DNA of 64,000 nucleotides from Acidobacteriota bacterium (lineage in GTDB: Bacteria; Acidobacteriota; UBA6911), in contig OY761556.1 of the NCBI GenBank assembly GCA_963664705.1, forward strand, positions 1,952,001 through 2,016,000, given 5' to 3'. A program made the translations under genes and the position numbers. Below are positions 28,946 through 38,733 of the stretch, piece by piece. Positions within the stretch are counted from its first letter, which is position 1. Each line of letters opens with the position of its first letter. The notes below the pieces were generated by a model. The model was not told the origin of the DNA, searched no databases, and saw only the letters and a program-made list of their open reading frames with translations.

Positions 28946-31900
28946 TCATTCAAAAGCCTGTGTAACCAGCATCTGCTGTTCGCGACGGTGCAGTTTAAGT
29001 GAACCTGCAGCCGGACTGGCTCTTTCAGCCCGTCCGATATACCGAAAATCCCGGCCGAAAGGAACGGAAATATGCCGGGTGACAAAATTCCATGCCCCCA
29101 TATTCTGGGGCTCTTCCTGCACCCAGCAGATTTCCTTGGCTCGTGAGAACCGTGCAAGTGTTTCGGAAAGATTCCAGTCCGGGAATGGATAAAGCTGTTC
29201 CATTCGAATGATGGCAATATGGGAGCTCTTGCGTTTCTCTTGCTCCTGTAGAAGATCGTAATAAACCTTGCCGGAGCACAAGAGCACGCGGCGCACCGCC
29301 TCCGGGTCATCGATCGATGGGTCCTGAAGCACCAGATGGAATTCTCCGTCGGCGAGCTCAGCTGGTTTCGATGCGGACTTCGGATGCCGAAGAATACTTT
29401 TGGGAGTCATGACCACCAGAGGTATGCGCTGCGCGTCGCGTACCTGCCTGCGCAGCAGGTGAAAGTATTGGGATGCGCTGGTCGGGTTGCAAACACGCAT
29501 ATTGTCTTCCGCGCACAGAGCGAGAAAACGCTCCAGCCTGGCACTCGAATGCTCCGGCCCCTGACCCTCCGCTCCATGAGGCAACAAAAGAACAAGATCG
29601 CAGGGTTGCTGCCATTTTGCCTCTGAACTGGCAATAAAGTTGTCGATGATCACCTGTGCGCTGTTAGCAAAATCGCCGAACTGGGCTTCCCACAATACCA
29701 ATGCCAGAGGGTCTGCAACGCTATAGCCGAATTCAAACCCCAATACTGCGGCCTCGGAAAGCAGGCTGTCGAACACGTCAAACTGCGCCTGATCCGCGCT
29801 GACATTTTTAAGAGGAATATATTGCACGCCGGTCTGGAGGTCGGAAAGAATGGCATGTCGCTGGCTGAAGGTACCTCTGGCACAATCCTGGCCGCTCAAA
29901 CGAACTGGAGTTCCTTCATAGACCAGGGTCCCAAAGGCGAGCGCCTCGGCAAAACTCCAGTCTATGTCCGGAGTACCATCCACGAGTTCCTTCCTCTTTG
30001 CCATGAAGTTCTGAAGCTTCGGATGCAGGCGGAAAGTTTCCGGCACAGTGGATAGCCGTGAGGCCACGTTTCGAAGCATCTCCATCCCGACATTGGTCCC
30101 CTCTGCCGGCTGGAATTCGCGCAACTCTTCTGCGGATACGGCAAGAGGCACATCCGGCTGGAAATGCTGATCGCCTCGCTTGCTCTCTTCGTAGGCTTCA
30201 TCCATTCGCCTGCGCATCTGTGCCCGCATGTTTCCCACGGCCCCTTTTTCAACAACCCCTTCGCGCTCGAGCCTTTCCGAATAAAGCGTTAGCACGGAGG
30301 GGCGCTCGCTGATTTTCTTATACAACAGTGGCTGCGTGTAACTGGGTTCATCGGCTTCATTGTGACCATGCCGTCGATAGCAAAAAACATCGATGACCAC
30401 GTCCTTCTTGAACTGCTGGCGGAAGGCAAGCCCAAGGGCTGCAATGCGCGCGGCTGCGTCAGGATCATCTCCATTGACGTGAAAAATCGGGGCCTGTATT
30501 GCGCGTGCAAGATCGGTTGGATATGGGGAGGATCGTGCCTCTTCCGGCATTGTCGTGAAACCAATCTGATTGTTGATGATGATATGAATGGTGCCGCCCG
30601 TTCGATATCCATACAACTGAGAAAGGTTAATGGTTTCCCAAACAACGCCCTGGCCGGCAAATGCGGCATCTCCGTGTATCAGAATTGGCAGAACCTTATC
30701 GCGGGATATATCCCCGCGCCGTTCCTGTTTTGCCCGCACAATTCCTTCAATGACGGGATTCACCCACTCCAGGTGGCTTGGATTCGGGGCAACCGAAACG
30801 GTTATCTCCTTGCCATCCGGCGAACAAAACTTACCCGCCGAACCGAGGTGATATTTGACATCCCCGGATCCCTGGGTTGTCATCGGATCCGTGATCTCCT
30901 CGAATTCCGAGAGAATCTTGGCGAGAGAGGTTCCGATGATGTTTGCCAGGACGTTCAGTCTTCCACGATGCGACATGCCAATCACCGCCTCGGCGATGCC
31001 TGCGGCCGCAGATTCCGAAAGTATGGTGGCAAGGACGGGAATGGTTGTTTCGGCTCCTTCCAACCCAAAACGTTTGTGGCCGATAAACTTGGTGTGGAGA
31101 TAGCGTTCGAATTCCTCGGCGGCAAGCAGATCATCCAGAACACGCAGCCGTTTGGAGGATTCCAGCGGCAATTTGCATTCGGCCGGTTCAATGCGATCCT
31201 GAATCCAGGCTTTTTCGTCGGGGTCCTGCATATGCCTGTATTCGACACCAATAGTCTGGCAATACGTTTCGCGCAACGATGCCAGAATCTGCCTCAGGGT
31301 TGCCCGCTCAATTCCACCGAGGCCGCCGGTGTTGAACTCCCGATCAAGGTCCCACATGGTAAGGCCGAAATTGGCCGGATCAAGCTCCGGGTGATACAAC
31401 TGGTGCTTTCCAAGAGGATCGAGATGCGCGATAAGATGTCCACGCACTCGATACAAATTGATCAGCTCAAGAACACCGATCTGTTTATCGAGATCTTCAT
31501 GAGACGGCGTGGATCCGAACAGCGAGGGATGATGGTCTCTGGCCCACTGAATGGGGACGGCAGCCAGTTGCAGATCCTTGAAAATCTGTTCATAAAACGA
31601 ATCCTGCCCCAACAAAAGCTCTTTGACGCGACCGAGAAACTCCCCTGATTCGGCGCCCTGGATGATGCGGTGATCATAGGTACAGCTGATCGTCATAACC
31701 TTGCTTAAGCCGAGACTGGAGAGCGCGCGAGGAGACCAGGCATGATACTCGGCAGGATAGCCGATAGTCCCGGTGGCAATGATCGCGCCCTGGTCTTTCA
31801 TCAGCCGAGGGATCGATGAAATCGTTCCAACCGTCCCGGGATTGGTCAGGCTGATGCTGGTGCCCTGAAATACAGCAGGCTCGAAAATGCCCTTTCGGAC

Positions 31901-32413
31901 ATGTTCCAAAGTTGAATTGTAGCTGGCCAAAAATTCGCGGAAAGTCATTTTGTCCGCGCGCTTGATATTAGGTACAAGCAGCGTTCTGGTGCCATCCTTG
32001 CGCACATGATCCATGGCTATGCCGATATTTACATCCGGCTTGTTCCGTCGATGAGGCACTCCATCCGCAATCTCGAAGGAGGCATTGATCACCGGGAAGA
32101 CCTTCAGGGACTGCACAATGGCCCAACAGATAATGTGCGTGAACGAGACTTTAGCCGAATCGGCGACATCAAGATTTTCGTTGATGATCCTCCGATTTTC
32201 CTCCATCAGCTTTACTGGAATGGTTCGATATGATGTAGCCGTAGGGATTGAAAGGCTTGCATCCATGTTTTCGACAACGCGAACATTCCCTCCGCGTATT
32301 GGTTCGGCGGTTCCCGGTTTGGAGACCGTCGCGATATTTGCGGTTGTGCCGCCGGACTCCGTTGTGGTTCTTTCCTCAACACGCTGCTCTACAGTCGGTT
32401 CATCTAAGGACAT
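28946..32413 (-). CDS. kgd: Multifunctional 2-oxoglutarate dehydrogenase with fused E2 acyltransferase and E1 domains (KGD type)
   Basis: N-terminal E2 domain (SLTNPGTVGT, TYDHRIIQGAESG) and E1 motifs (GMSHRGRLN, GSGDVKYHLG, HGDAAFAGQG, WEAQFGDF, GPEHSSAR). Confidence 0.95.
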   Translation of the reverse strand: MSLDEPTVEQRVEERTTTESGGTTANIATVSKPGTAEPIRGGNVRVVENMDASLSIPTATSYRTIPVKLMEENRRIINENLDVADSAKVSFTHIICWAIVQSLKVFPVINASFEIADGVPHRRNKPDVNIGIAMDHVRKDGTRTLLVPNIKRADKMTFREFLASYNSTLEHVRKGIFEPAVFQGTSISLTNPGTVGTISSIPRLMKDQGAIIATGTIGYPAEYHAWSPRALSSLGLSKVMTISCTYDHRIIQGAESGEFLGRVKELLLGQDSFYEQIFKDLQLAAVPIQWARDHHPSLFGSTPSHEDLDKQIGVLELINLYRVRGHLIAHLDPLGKHQLYHPELDPANFGLTMWDLDREFNTGGLGGIERATLRQILASLRETYCQTIGVEYRHMQDPDEKAWIQDRIEPAECKLPLESSKRLRVLDDLLAAEEFERYLHTKFIGHKRFGLEGAETTIPVLATILSESAAAGIAEAVIGMSHRGRLNVLANIIGTSLAKILSEFEEITDPMTTQGSGDVKYHLGSAGKFCSPDGKEITVSVAPNPSHLEWVNPVIEGIVRAKQERRGDISRDKVLPILIHGDAAFAGQGVVWETINLSQLYGYRTGGTIHIIINNQIGFTTMPEEARSSPYPTDLARAIQAPIFHVNGDDPDAAARIAALGLAFRQQFKKDVVIDVFCYRRHGHNEADEPSYTQPLLYKKISERPSVLTLYSERLEREGVVEKGAVGNMRAQMRRRMDEAYEESKRGDQHFQPDVPLAVSAEELREFQPAEGTNVGMEMLRNVASRLSTVPETFRLHPKLQNFMAKRKELVDGTPDIDWSFAEALAFGTLVYEGTPVRLSGQDCARGTFSQRHAILSDLQTGVQYIPLKNVSADQAQFDVFDSLLSEAAVLGFEFGYSVADPLALVLWEAQFGDFANSAQVIIDNFIASSEAKWQQPCDLVLLLPHGAEGQGPEHSSARLERFLALCAEDNMRVCNPTSASQYFHLLRRQVRDAQRIPLVVMTPKSILRHPKSASKPAELADGEFHLVLQDPSIDDPEAVRRVLLCSGKVYYDLLQEQEKRKSSHIAIIRMEQLYPFPDWNLSETLARFSRAKEICWVQEEPQNMGAWNFVTRHISVPFGRDFRYIGRAERASPAAGSLKLHRREQQMLVTQAFE

Positions 32414-32489
32414 GCTAGTCTCGCCTGGATGTAGGTGAAGAATTTAGGAGCCGGACAGGCTCCGGAACAATTCGCAATAAACCGAAATC

Positions 32490-32849
32490 CTATTCCTCCG
32501 TTGAAGCCTCCGGAACGCCATCTCCCGAAAAGTATGCTTCGTACAGCTCACGAGCGCGCGCCAGTTGCCTTACTTCAACAAGCAGACTGACAGGCTCAGC
32601 CCCGCTGGCAATGCCGATCGGGTCGGTCTCGCCGCGCTGTACTGTCAGGATGCTGTTTTCCTCCAGGATTTCCCTGGCCATTTCCGCTTCGGATACGTTG
32701 GAAAACTCAGCCAATTCAACCAACTCGGTTCCAGTGTCATCTTCCTGGGATTCCTCTGCTGGCAGGGAGTCCACGAGTTTGACCTTGCAGATATCGCAGG
32801 ATTCCATTGGAAGCGCATATTCGGTTCGGCAGGTCGGGCAAAAAGGCAT
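32490..32849 (-). CDS. Zn-ribbon + DUF2007 (putative signal-transducing) protein
   Basis: MPFCPTC..EY...CDIC.V.LV, EAEMAREILEENSI, LLV...ARAREL. Confidence 0.75.
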   Translation of the reverse strand: MPFCPTCRTEYALPMESCDICKVKLVDSLPAEESQEDDTGTELVELAEFSNVSEAEMAREILEENSILTVQRGETDPIGIASGAEPVSLLVEVRQLARARELYEAYFSGDGVPEASTEE

Positions 32850-32968
32850 AAATCACCTCCGGTACTCGAAAGTTAATTTCGGCAACTCTCTAATATTATT
32901 GCACTAAATGTTTGAGGAGAATAGTGGGGGCCGCTCGCGCGGCTTGGAATTTTACCCGCCTCCAGGGC

Positions 32969-33907
32969 CTATTTCAGCCTTCCGCGCAGGCATGCCAGCC
33001 ATTTGCGCAGGACCGAAGGAACTGGGGCTCGCAGTTTCCCGTGTGCGCCATCATGCAGCGAGCCCAAATCCATCATCATCGCCGAAATGCTCTGATATCT
33101 GTCTTCGCGATTTTTGGCAAGTGCCTTGCGCATGATGAAATCCAGTTCGGGGGAAATTTCGGCAGGCTGGGAGGCAATAGGCGCAGGCATATCCTCGAGA
33201 ATTGCACTGATTCGCGACAGAGAGGTCCGCGCATCAAACGGATGCCGCCCGGTCAATATTTCATAGAGAAGGACTCCGAATGAAAATATGTCCGTGCGGG
33301 AATCCACCGGCTCACCGCGGACCTGTTCCGGTGACATATATCCAAGAGCATCAAGAGGGATCATCGTATCCGCGAAGTCGAGGCCGTGATCTCCGGATGC
33401 AAACCTTCCGCGTTTTGGAATTTCGGTAAACCGGGAAATGCAACAGTCCGTAAGAAGAATTTGCGGCTCGGTAGTGTCGAGCATCCATATATTTCCAGGC
33501 TTAAGTCCGCGATGCACGGCGCCTGAGTTGTGGATCATTTCAAGGGGAGCTGCGAGCAAACGTGCGATGTCCATCGCATCCGGCCATGGGAAAGGCTTTC
33601 CAAGGCATTGATCCAGCCTTTTCCCGCGAACAAAGGGAGTGACAATAAAGAAATCATCATTATCGTCGCCGATCTCGAGTATCGGGCAGATGCTTTTATG
33701 CTGAAAAGCGCTTGCGGTTAAAATACACTGCAAAAACTTTTCCCGCTTTTCCATGCTGCAAAGAATCCCCGATCGCACAAGTTTCAGCGCAACCGTGCAG
33801 CCTTCGGAATCTTCGGCCCGATAAACGGTTCCCAAACTGCCGCGGCCAATTTCTTCGACTATTAGATATCTGCCTAACTTTTCGCCGATCATTTTCTGGT
33901 GAGGCAT
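32969..33907 (-). CDS. Hanks-type Ser/Thr kinase-like protein, probable pseudokinase
   Basis: GRGSLGTV, VALK, YMSPEQ and TDIFSFG present, but HRD is HRG and DFG is DCC. Start trimmed to about 33907. Confidence 0.85.
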   Translation of the reverse strand: MPHQKMIGEKLGRYLIVEEIGRGSLGTVYRAEDSEGCTVALKLVRSGILCSMEKREKFLQCILTASAFQHKSICPILEIGDDNDDFFIVTPFVRGKRLDQCLGKPFPWPDAMDIARLLAAPLEMIHNSGAVHRGLKPGNIWMLDTTEPQILLTDCCISRFTEIPKRGRFASGDHGLDFADTMIPLDALGYMSPEQVRGEPVDSRTDIFSFGVLLYEILTGRHPFDARTSLSRISAILEDMPAPIASQPAEISPELDFIMRKALAKNREDRYQSISAMMMDLGSLHDGAHGKLRAPVPSVLRKWLACLRGRLK

Positions 33908-34091
33908 TCTTTCCCGGTAAAGAAAGCCATGGTCTCTCCTATATAGCACAATCGCAATAGCCCGCATAGGGGCCGCATGCGCCTGGAGAAATCCCAGCCG
34001 CCAACTCAATTGGAGACATAAAGTTCTGCAAATATAGGACGATATACCTAGTGGATGGTACGTACGGGATCGTTGTGTAACGGAGGAATGC

Positions 34092-35027
34092 ATGGCTAAT
34101 GCAAAAATACATCCTGGCAAAATTGTAGTCCATGGCCGCTCTTTGCGTGACATTCTAGGCCTTCATGCCGAATGGCTGCAGAACGGTCGGGGCGAGAGGG
34201 CTACGTTACGCGGCGGTTCCTTGTCGGATGCAAATCTGCAAAATGCAGATCTGCGTAAGGCTGTTTTCACCGATATAAATTTCCTGGATGCCGATTTGAC
34301 CGGCGCTGATTTGAGCGGCACGGAATTGACACGATGCGATTTCCGCAATGCTTCTCTTTTCAAAACCGATTTCACCGGAGCCAAGCTGATTGATGTAAAT
34401 TTCCAGCAATGCCAGATGGCGGAATCCAATTTTTCCGAAGTGATGATGCAAGGGGTGGTGTTACGCAGCGCCATTTTGAGGGACTGCCGCCTGTTCGAAA
34501 TCCGCTCAACCGCCTGCGACTTCACCGGAGCCAACCTGCGCGCGTCACAAATGAACCACTCCGTTCTGGCGGATTGTTCATTTACGGAAGCAGATCTTGA
34601 AGAGTGCAATCTGTTGCGCACACGCATGCGTGCCTGCCGCTTTACGGCCGCAAAACTGATCAATGCCAATCTCTCCTCGGTACAAGCAGTCGATTGTGAT
34701 TTTCAGGGGGCCGCGCTGAATTCGGCGAAGCTCTCGATGGCGAACCTGAGCCAGAATGTTTTCTGCCGCGCCTCCATGACAAGTTGCGACCTCCGCTCCT
34801 CCAACCTCACGGCAACCGACTTTTCCGGGGCGGCCATGATGAACTCCCAGTTCCTGGAAGCCAATCTGATGGCAGCCGATTTCCGTGGATCCGTGCTGGA
34901 GGGCGCAAGAGGAATCTCCGGACGGCAATTAGCGAACTCGGTGACTTCCTACGCGACCATTCTCCCCAGTGGAAGTCGAGGCCCTTATGTGCAGGGAACC
35001 AATTCCGAATCGCCGGCATTTCGATAG
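34092..35027 (+). CDS. Pentapeptide repeat protein
   Basis: Long A[DN][LF]xx-type repeat run after an HAEWL...G.RA.L N-cap. Confidence 0.9.
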   Translation: MANAKIHPGKIVVHGRSLRDILGLHAEWLQNGRGERATLRGGSLSDANLQNADLRKAVFTDINFLDADLTGADLSGTELTRCDFRNASLFKTDFTGAKLIDVNFQQCQMAESNFSEVMMQGVVLRSAILRDCRLFEIRSTACDFTGANLRASQMNHSVLADCSFTEADLEECNLLRTRMRACRFTAAKLINANLSSVQAVDCDFQGAALNSAKLSMANLSQNVFCRASMTSCDLRSSNLTATDFSGAAMMNSQFLEANLMAADFRGSVLEGARGISGRQLANSVTSYATILPSGSRGPYVQGTNSESPAFR

Positions 35028-35080
35028 CTCGCTTCAATGCCCTCTTGTGCTTGGGCACAGGTATGTCATGATGTGAGGCT

Positions 35081-35611
35081 ATGTCAATTTTTCGCCTGCT
35101 TAAACAAAACCTCGTTGACCTGGGCAAAGCGCCCAGCGAAACCGATACCATTCGCAAAATCACCCAAGCGCTCGATCGGCTTGAGCCTGAACGAGCGAAA
35201 TACATTGCCGCTTTTGCCTATCTCCTCGGACGAACTGCCCGGGCAGACCTTCAAATCAGCGCTGAAGAGACAGCTGTCATGGAACAGATTGTTTCTGTTC
35301 ATGGCAAGCTGCCCGAGGAACAGGCAATCATTGTTGTCCAGATCGCAAAAGCTCAGAACACGCTTTTCGGCGGCACGGAAAACTACCTGGTCGGTCGCGA
35401 ATTCAAGGAGATGAGTGACTATCCCGAGCGCCTGGCACTCCTGGATTGTCTGTTCGCCGTCGCGGCCGCCGATCATTCCATTTCCACCATCGAGGATAAC
35501 GAGATCAGCCAAATTGCGGATGAATTGCGCATTGAACACCGTGATTTCATTACGGTGCGATCCAGATATCGAGATTCTCTCGCGGTGCTTCAGGATTCAA
35601 CCAAGATCTGA
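35081..35611 (+). CDS. TerB-like protein
   Basis: ARADLQISAEE and LFAVAAADHSISTIE.NEI motifs. Confidence 0.85.
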   Translation: MSIFRLLKQNLVDLGKAPSETDTIRKITQALDRLEPERAKYIAAFAYLLGRTARADLQISAEETAVMEQIVSVHGKLPEEQAIIVVQIAKAQNTLFGGTENYLVGREFKEMSDYPERLALLDCLFAVAAADHSISTIEDNEISQIADELRIEHRDFITVRSRYRDSLAVLQDSTKI

Positions 35612-35783
35612 GCCGTTTGCGCCGAGTCTCGATGATTGACATCGTTCTTTTGTCGAGTCATACTGCGCAGGGTAATTGTAGACGAACGTTTTCGCTGATT
35701 CACATGCTCGCGCCCAGAGGTGGCTAGCGATGCGGACTTGACTTCACTGGCGAAAACCCAAAGCTGCCTCAAAGCGTTTGATT

Positions 35784-36311
35784 ATGACGGAACCAAGGAC
35801 TCACCATCGCGTCGTTAGAAACCGCAAGAAGAACACAATCCCACTCTCAAAATTGCGCACCTCCGATGTCGTCAAGACAGTGGTGGATCATCCGCGGCGT
35901 CTCGAAGAACTGCTACGGATGCTGGAAGACAAGGATAGAGGAGTTCGTGGCCGCGCCGCCGCCACGCTGGCAAAACTTTCGGAATCGCACCCGGGTCGAT
36001 TGCTCCGTGTCATTGCACGCCTGAAGGATGCGCTTGTGGATGACTCCGCCTATGTTCGATGGCACATTGCCTATACCTTCGGCAAAGTGGGATTCCGCTT
36101 TCCCGCGCACTCCCGCGGATTCATCAACGAATTGGGCGCCAGGCTGGATGACGAAAACAGGATTGTGCGTGTTGTCGCCGACAAAGCCATCATCCAAGTG
36201 GCAATCCGGAAGCCTGGCATTGTGCAGGAACTGTTTCAGGGGTTGAAGAAGGATGTCCCTCCGACGATTGCTCGCCTAATGCGCAATTCCCCATCAAAGA
36301 CATCTGAGTAG
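35784..36311 (+). CDS. HEAT-repeat protein
   Basis: L.D.D..VR..A repeats (three copies). Confidence 0.8.
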   Translation: MTEPRTHHRVVRNRKKNTIPLSKLRTSDVVKTVVDHPRRLEELLRMLEDKDRGVRGRAAATLAKLSESHPGRLLRVIARLKDALVDDSAYVRWHIAYTFGKVGFRFPAHSRGFINELGARLDDENRIVRVVADKAIIQVAIRKPGIVQELFQGLKKDVPPTIARLMRNSPSKTSE

Positions 36312-36368
36312 ACACTGGCAGCATCGTGAACATGGGAAACCCGCAACAGCGGGTTCGCGAACGCTTTT

Positions 36369-37052
36369 CTACTGCCGGCTCAAAAGGACATAAACCGCGC
36401 CCACGCCTCCATCGCGAGATTGCGCGGATGCATAGGCAAGGACATATCGGCTCATGCGCCGGGTTGAAAGCAGGCGCTGCAGGCTCTCCTTGAGCGTAGC
36501 CCTGTCTGCAGGAGAGTTGATCCCTCGTCCGTGAATGATCTTTATGCAGCAGGATCGGAATCGGGACATTCGGGTGATATACTCTTCTACCGCGGTCTGC
36601 GCCTCAACACGACTTAATCCATGCAAATCAATCTGCCCTTGAATGGAATAAAGTCCATTCCGAAGATTCGGCAGGAACCGCTTGCCCGCAACACCAATCC
36701 ACCCTTCGATATATTCGGGATGATCGAGGATATCCATCGGGGAGTCTTCATTCAAAGCCTCCTGCATGAGTCTCCTGTTTTCCAACTCAGGATCTGCCAC
36801 TGGTGGACGATCTGCCGGGGCCGGGACATGAATCTGCTTTCTCCATGCAATGCGGCTCACGCTATCCATGGCTTCCGCGAAAAGGTCGTCATCAGAAGCC
36901 TCCTGCTTCACCGTGACATCTACAGGTTTGCTTTTCTCCGGCGGTGGAGCCTTTGGCGGCTCAGGGGCGCCTTTCAAGTGAATCCCTGCTTTGTTCACAA
37001 GTTCCTGCAACTGACTTATATTGCCTTGCGCGCTCTTGTTCGATCGGGACAT
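36369..37052 (-). CDS. Smr domain protein (SmrA/B-like)
   Basis: LRNG.Y, IDLHGL, IIHGRG..S, DGGVGAVYVLL. Confidence 0.9.
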   Translation of the reverse strand: MSRSNKSAQGNISQLQELVNKAGIHLKGAPEPPKAPPPEKSKPVDVTVKQEASDDDLFAEAMDSVSRIAWRKQIHVPAPADRPPVADPELENRRLMQEALNEDSPMDILDHPEYIEGWIGVAGKRFLPNLRNGLYSIQGQIDLHGLSRVEAQTAVEEYITRMSRFRSCCIKIIHGRGINSPADRATLKESLQRLLSTRRMSRYVLAYASAQSRDGGVGAVYVLLSRQ

Positions 37053-37332
37053 CGGCCTCTCCGGTGTTCTGGTCCAAAAGTATCCCATGCCGGCAACATC
37101 GGATCAACGGCTACCCGTTCCGATACATCGAAGTTTTGTCTTTGTGGCTTCGCCCGAAGTTGAATGCCCTGGCTGAGCCGATGTTTCACGCCGAGGGCCT
37201 CTTCATGCATAAATTTTGAGGATACAACCGGTTGCATATCGTGAGGCGCAAGTCCTGAACATTGACTTTGACCTCGGACTTGGCTACCTTTCCACTGGCT
37301 TCGCCTGAAACCAGAATTAGGAAGGAGAGGGA

Positions 37333-37653
37333 ATGATTACATTAACGCCGGTAGCAATCTCGAAGGTAAAGTCCATACTGGAAGAACGAAAAGAAGAAAC
37401 GGCGCTTCGAATTGCGGTTATCGGGGGCGGGTGTTCAGGATTTCAGTATCAGATGACATTGGATAAAGAGCCCCGCACGGATGACAAAGTCCTGGAAATC
37501 GAAGGACTCAAGGTTTACGTCGATACGCGTTCGCTCTTATATTTAAATGGAACCGAGGTTGATTACCTGGAGGGGGCCAACGGATCCGGTTTCAAGTTCG
37601 ACAATCCCAACGCGAAAGCGGCCTGTGGGTGCGGCGAAAAATTTGAAGCGTAA
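37333..37653 (+). CDS. A-type Fe-S cluster carrier (IscA/ErpA/HesB)
   Basis: GGGCSG, NPNA..CGCGE.F. Confidence 0.95.
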   Translation: MITLTPVAISKVKSILEERKEETALRIAVIGGGCSGFQYQMTLDKEPRTDDKVLEIEGLKVYVDTRSLLYLNGTEVDYLEGANGSGFKFDNPNAKAACGCGEKFEA

Positions 37654-37749
37654 TTGTCTCCAGATTGGGCAAAAGTGCGGATGGAATCGCTGCCCGCACT
37701 TCTACCTGGATACCCTCCACTCTCCTTTGAACCGCCAAGAGAGGGTCCC

Positions 37750-38115
37750 GTGCCGCGAAAACAGGATCGCATCACACTCGCAGGAATCAAACTTTTTCCC
37801 CATATAGGAACCTCGCCCGAAGAACGGGCCTCCCCGCAGGAGTGCCTTGCGGATCTGATCCTCTGGGGAGATTTCGAGGCGGCGGCCTCCACGGACTCGC
37901 TGGAAGAATCTGTCGATTATACGCGCGTACTCGCAACCGCTCAACAAACGGCCACATCACAGGAGTTTCAGCTTGTCGAGACTCTGGCATACAAGATTGT
38001 GCGGCGTGTGCTGCAGCAGTTTCCCGTGACCCGCGTATGCATTAAGCTGCGAAAACGGCCGGCAGTTTTGGCCAATGACCTCGATTTTGTCGAGATCGAG
38101 GTTGAGGAATCCTGA
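37750..38115 (+). CDS. folB: Dihydroneopterin aldolase
   Basis: DRI.L.GI...HIG..EER..Q, SVDY, LVETLA, LRK; GTG start after GAGAGGG. Confidence 0.85.
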   Translation: MPRKQDRITLAGIKLFPHIGTSPEERASPQECLADLILWGDFEAAASTDSLEESVDYTRVLATAQQTATSQEFQLVETLAYKIVRRVLQQFPVTRVCIKLRKRPAVLANDLDFVEIEVEES

Positions 38116-38251
38116 CAATTTGGTTACTGGTCGAGGTAAACTATAAGGAAAGTCCCGATATAAACAACCGAGGCTGTCTTTTATTCCGCTGTACTGCAGC
38201 CCATCGATTTGGATATATTGAGGATTGATAACAATTTCATGGAGGGCTGAA

Positions 38252-38725
38252 ATGAAAGAGCTTTCGGGAGATGGGCCCGGATTTTTCACCTCCAGGCTTT
38301 CGGATGCGGTTGCCTGGGCCCGCAAGTACTCCATTTTTGTCTATCCTTTTGTGACCGCCTGTTGCGGAATGGAATACATGTCGGCGGCGTCCGGGCATTA
38401 TGACATGGACCGATTTGGAGCCGGCCTTCCTCGCTTTTCACCGAGGCAGGCCGATGTACTTCTGGTGGTCGGCACGGTCAGCCATAAAATTGCCCCCATT
38501 CTCCGACGCGTTTATGATCAAATGTGCGAACCGAAATGGGTCGTTGCCTTTGGAGTTTGTACATGCACGGGCGGATTTTATGATAACTATGCCACCGTGC
38601 AGGGTATCGATACGATATTACCTGTCGATATTTATATCCCCGGATGCCCTCCAAGACCCGAAGCGGTTCTTGACGGCTTAATCAAACTCCAGACCAAAAT
38701 AGAAAACCAAAAACAGGTTCTATAA
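38252..38725 (+). CDS. nuoB: NADH-quinone oxidoreductase subunit B (copy 1)
   Basis: [30 protein letters not shown]. Confidence 0.93.
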   Translation: MKELSGDGPGFFTSRLSDAVAWARKYSIFVYPFVTACCGMEYMSAASGHYDMDRFGAGLPRFSPRQADVLLVVGTVSHKIAPILRRVYDQMCEPKWVVAFGVCTCTGGFYDNYATVQGIDTILPVDIYIPGCPPRPEAVLDGLIKLQTKIENQKQVL

Positions 38726-38733
38726 GGGGAACT

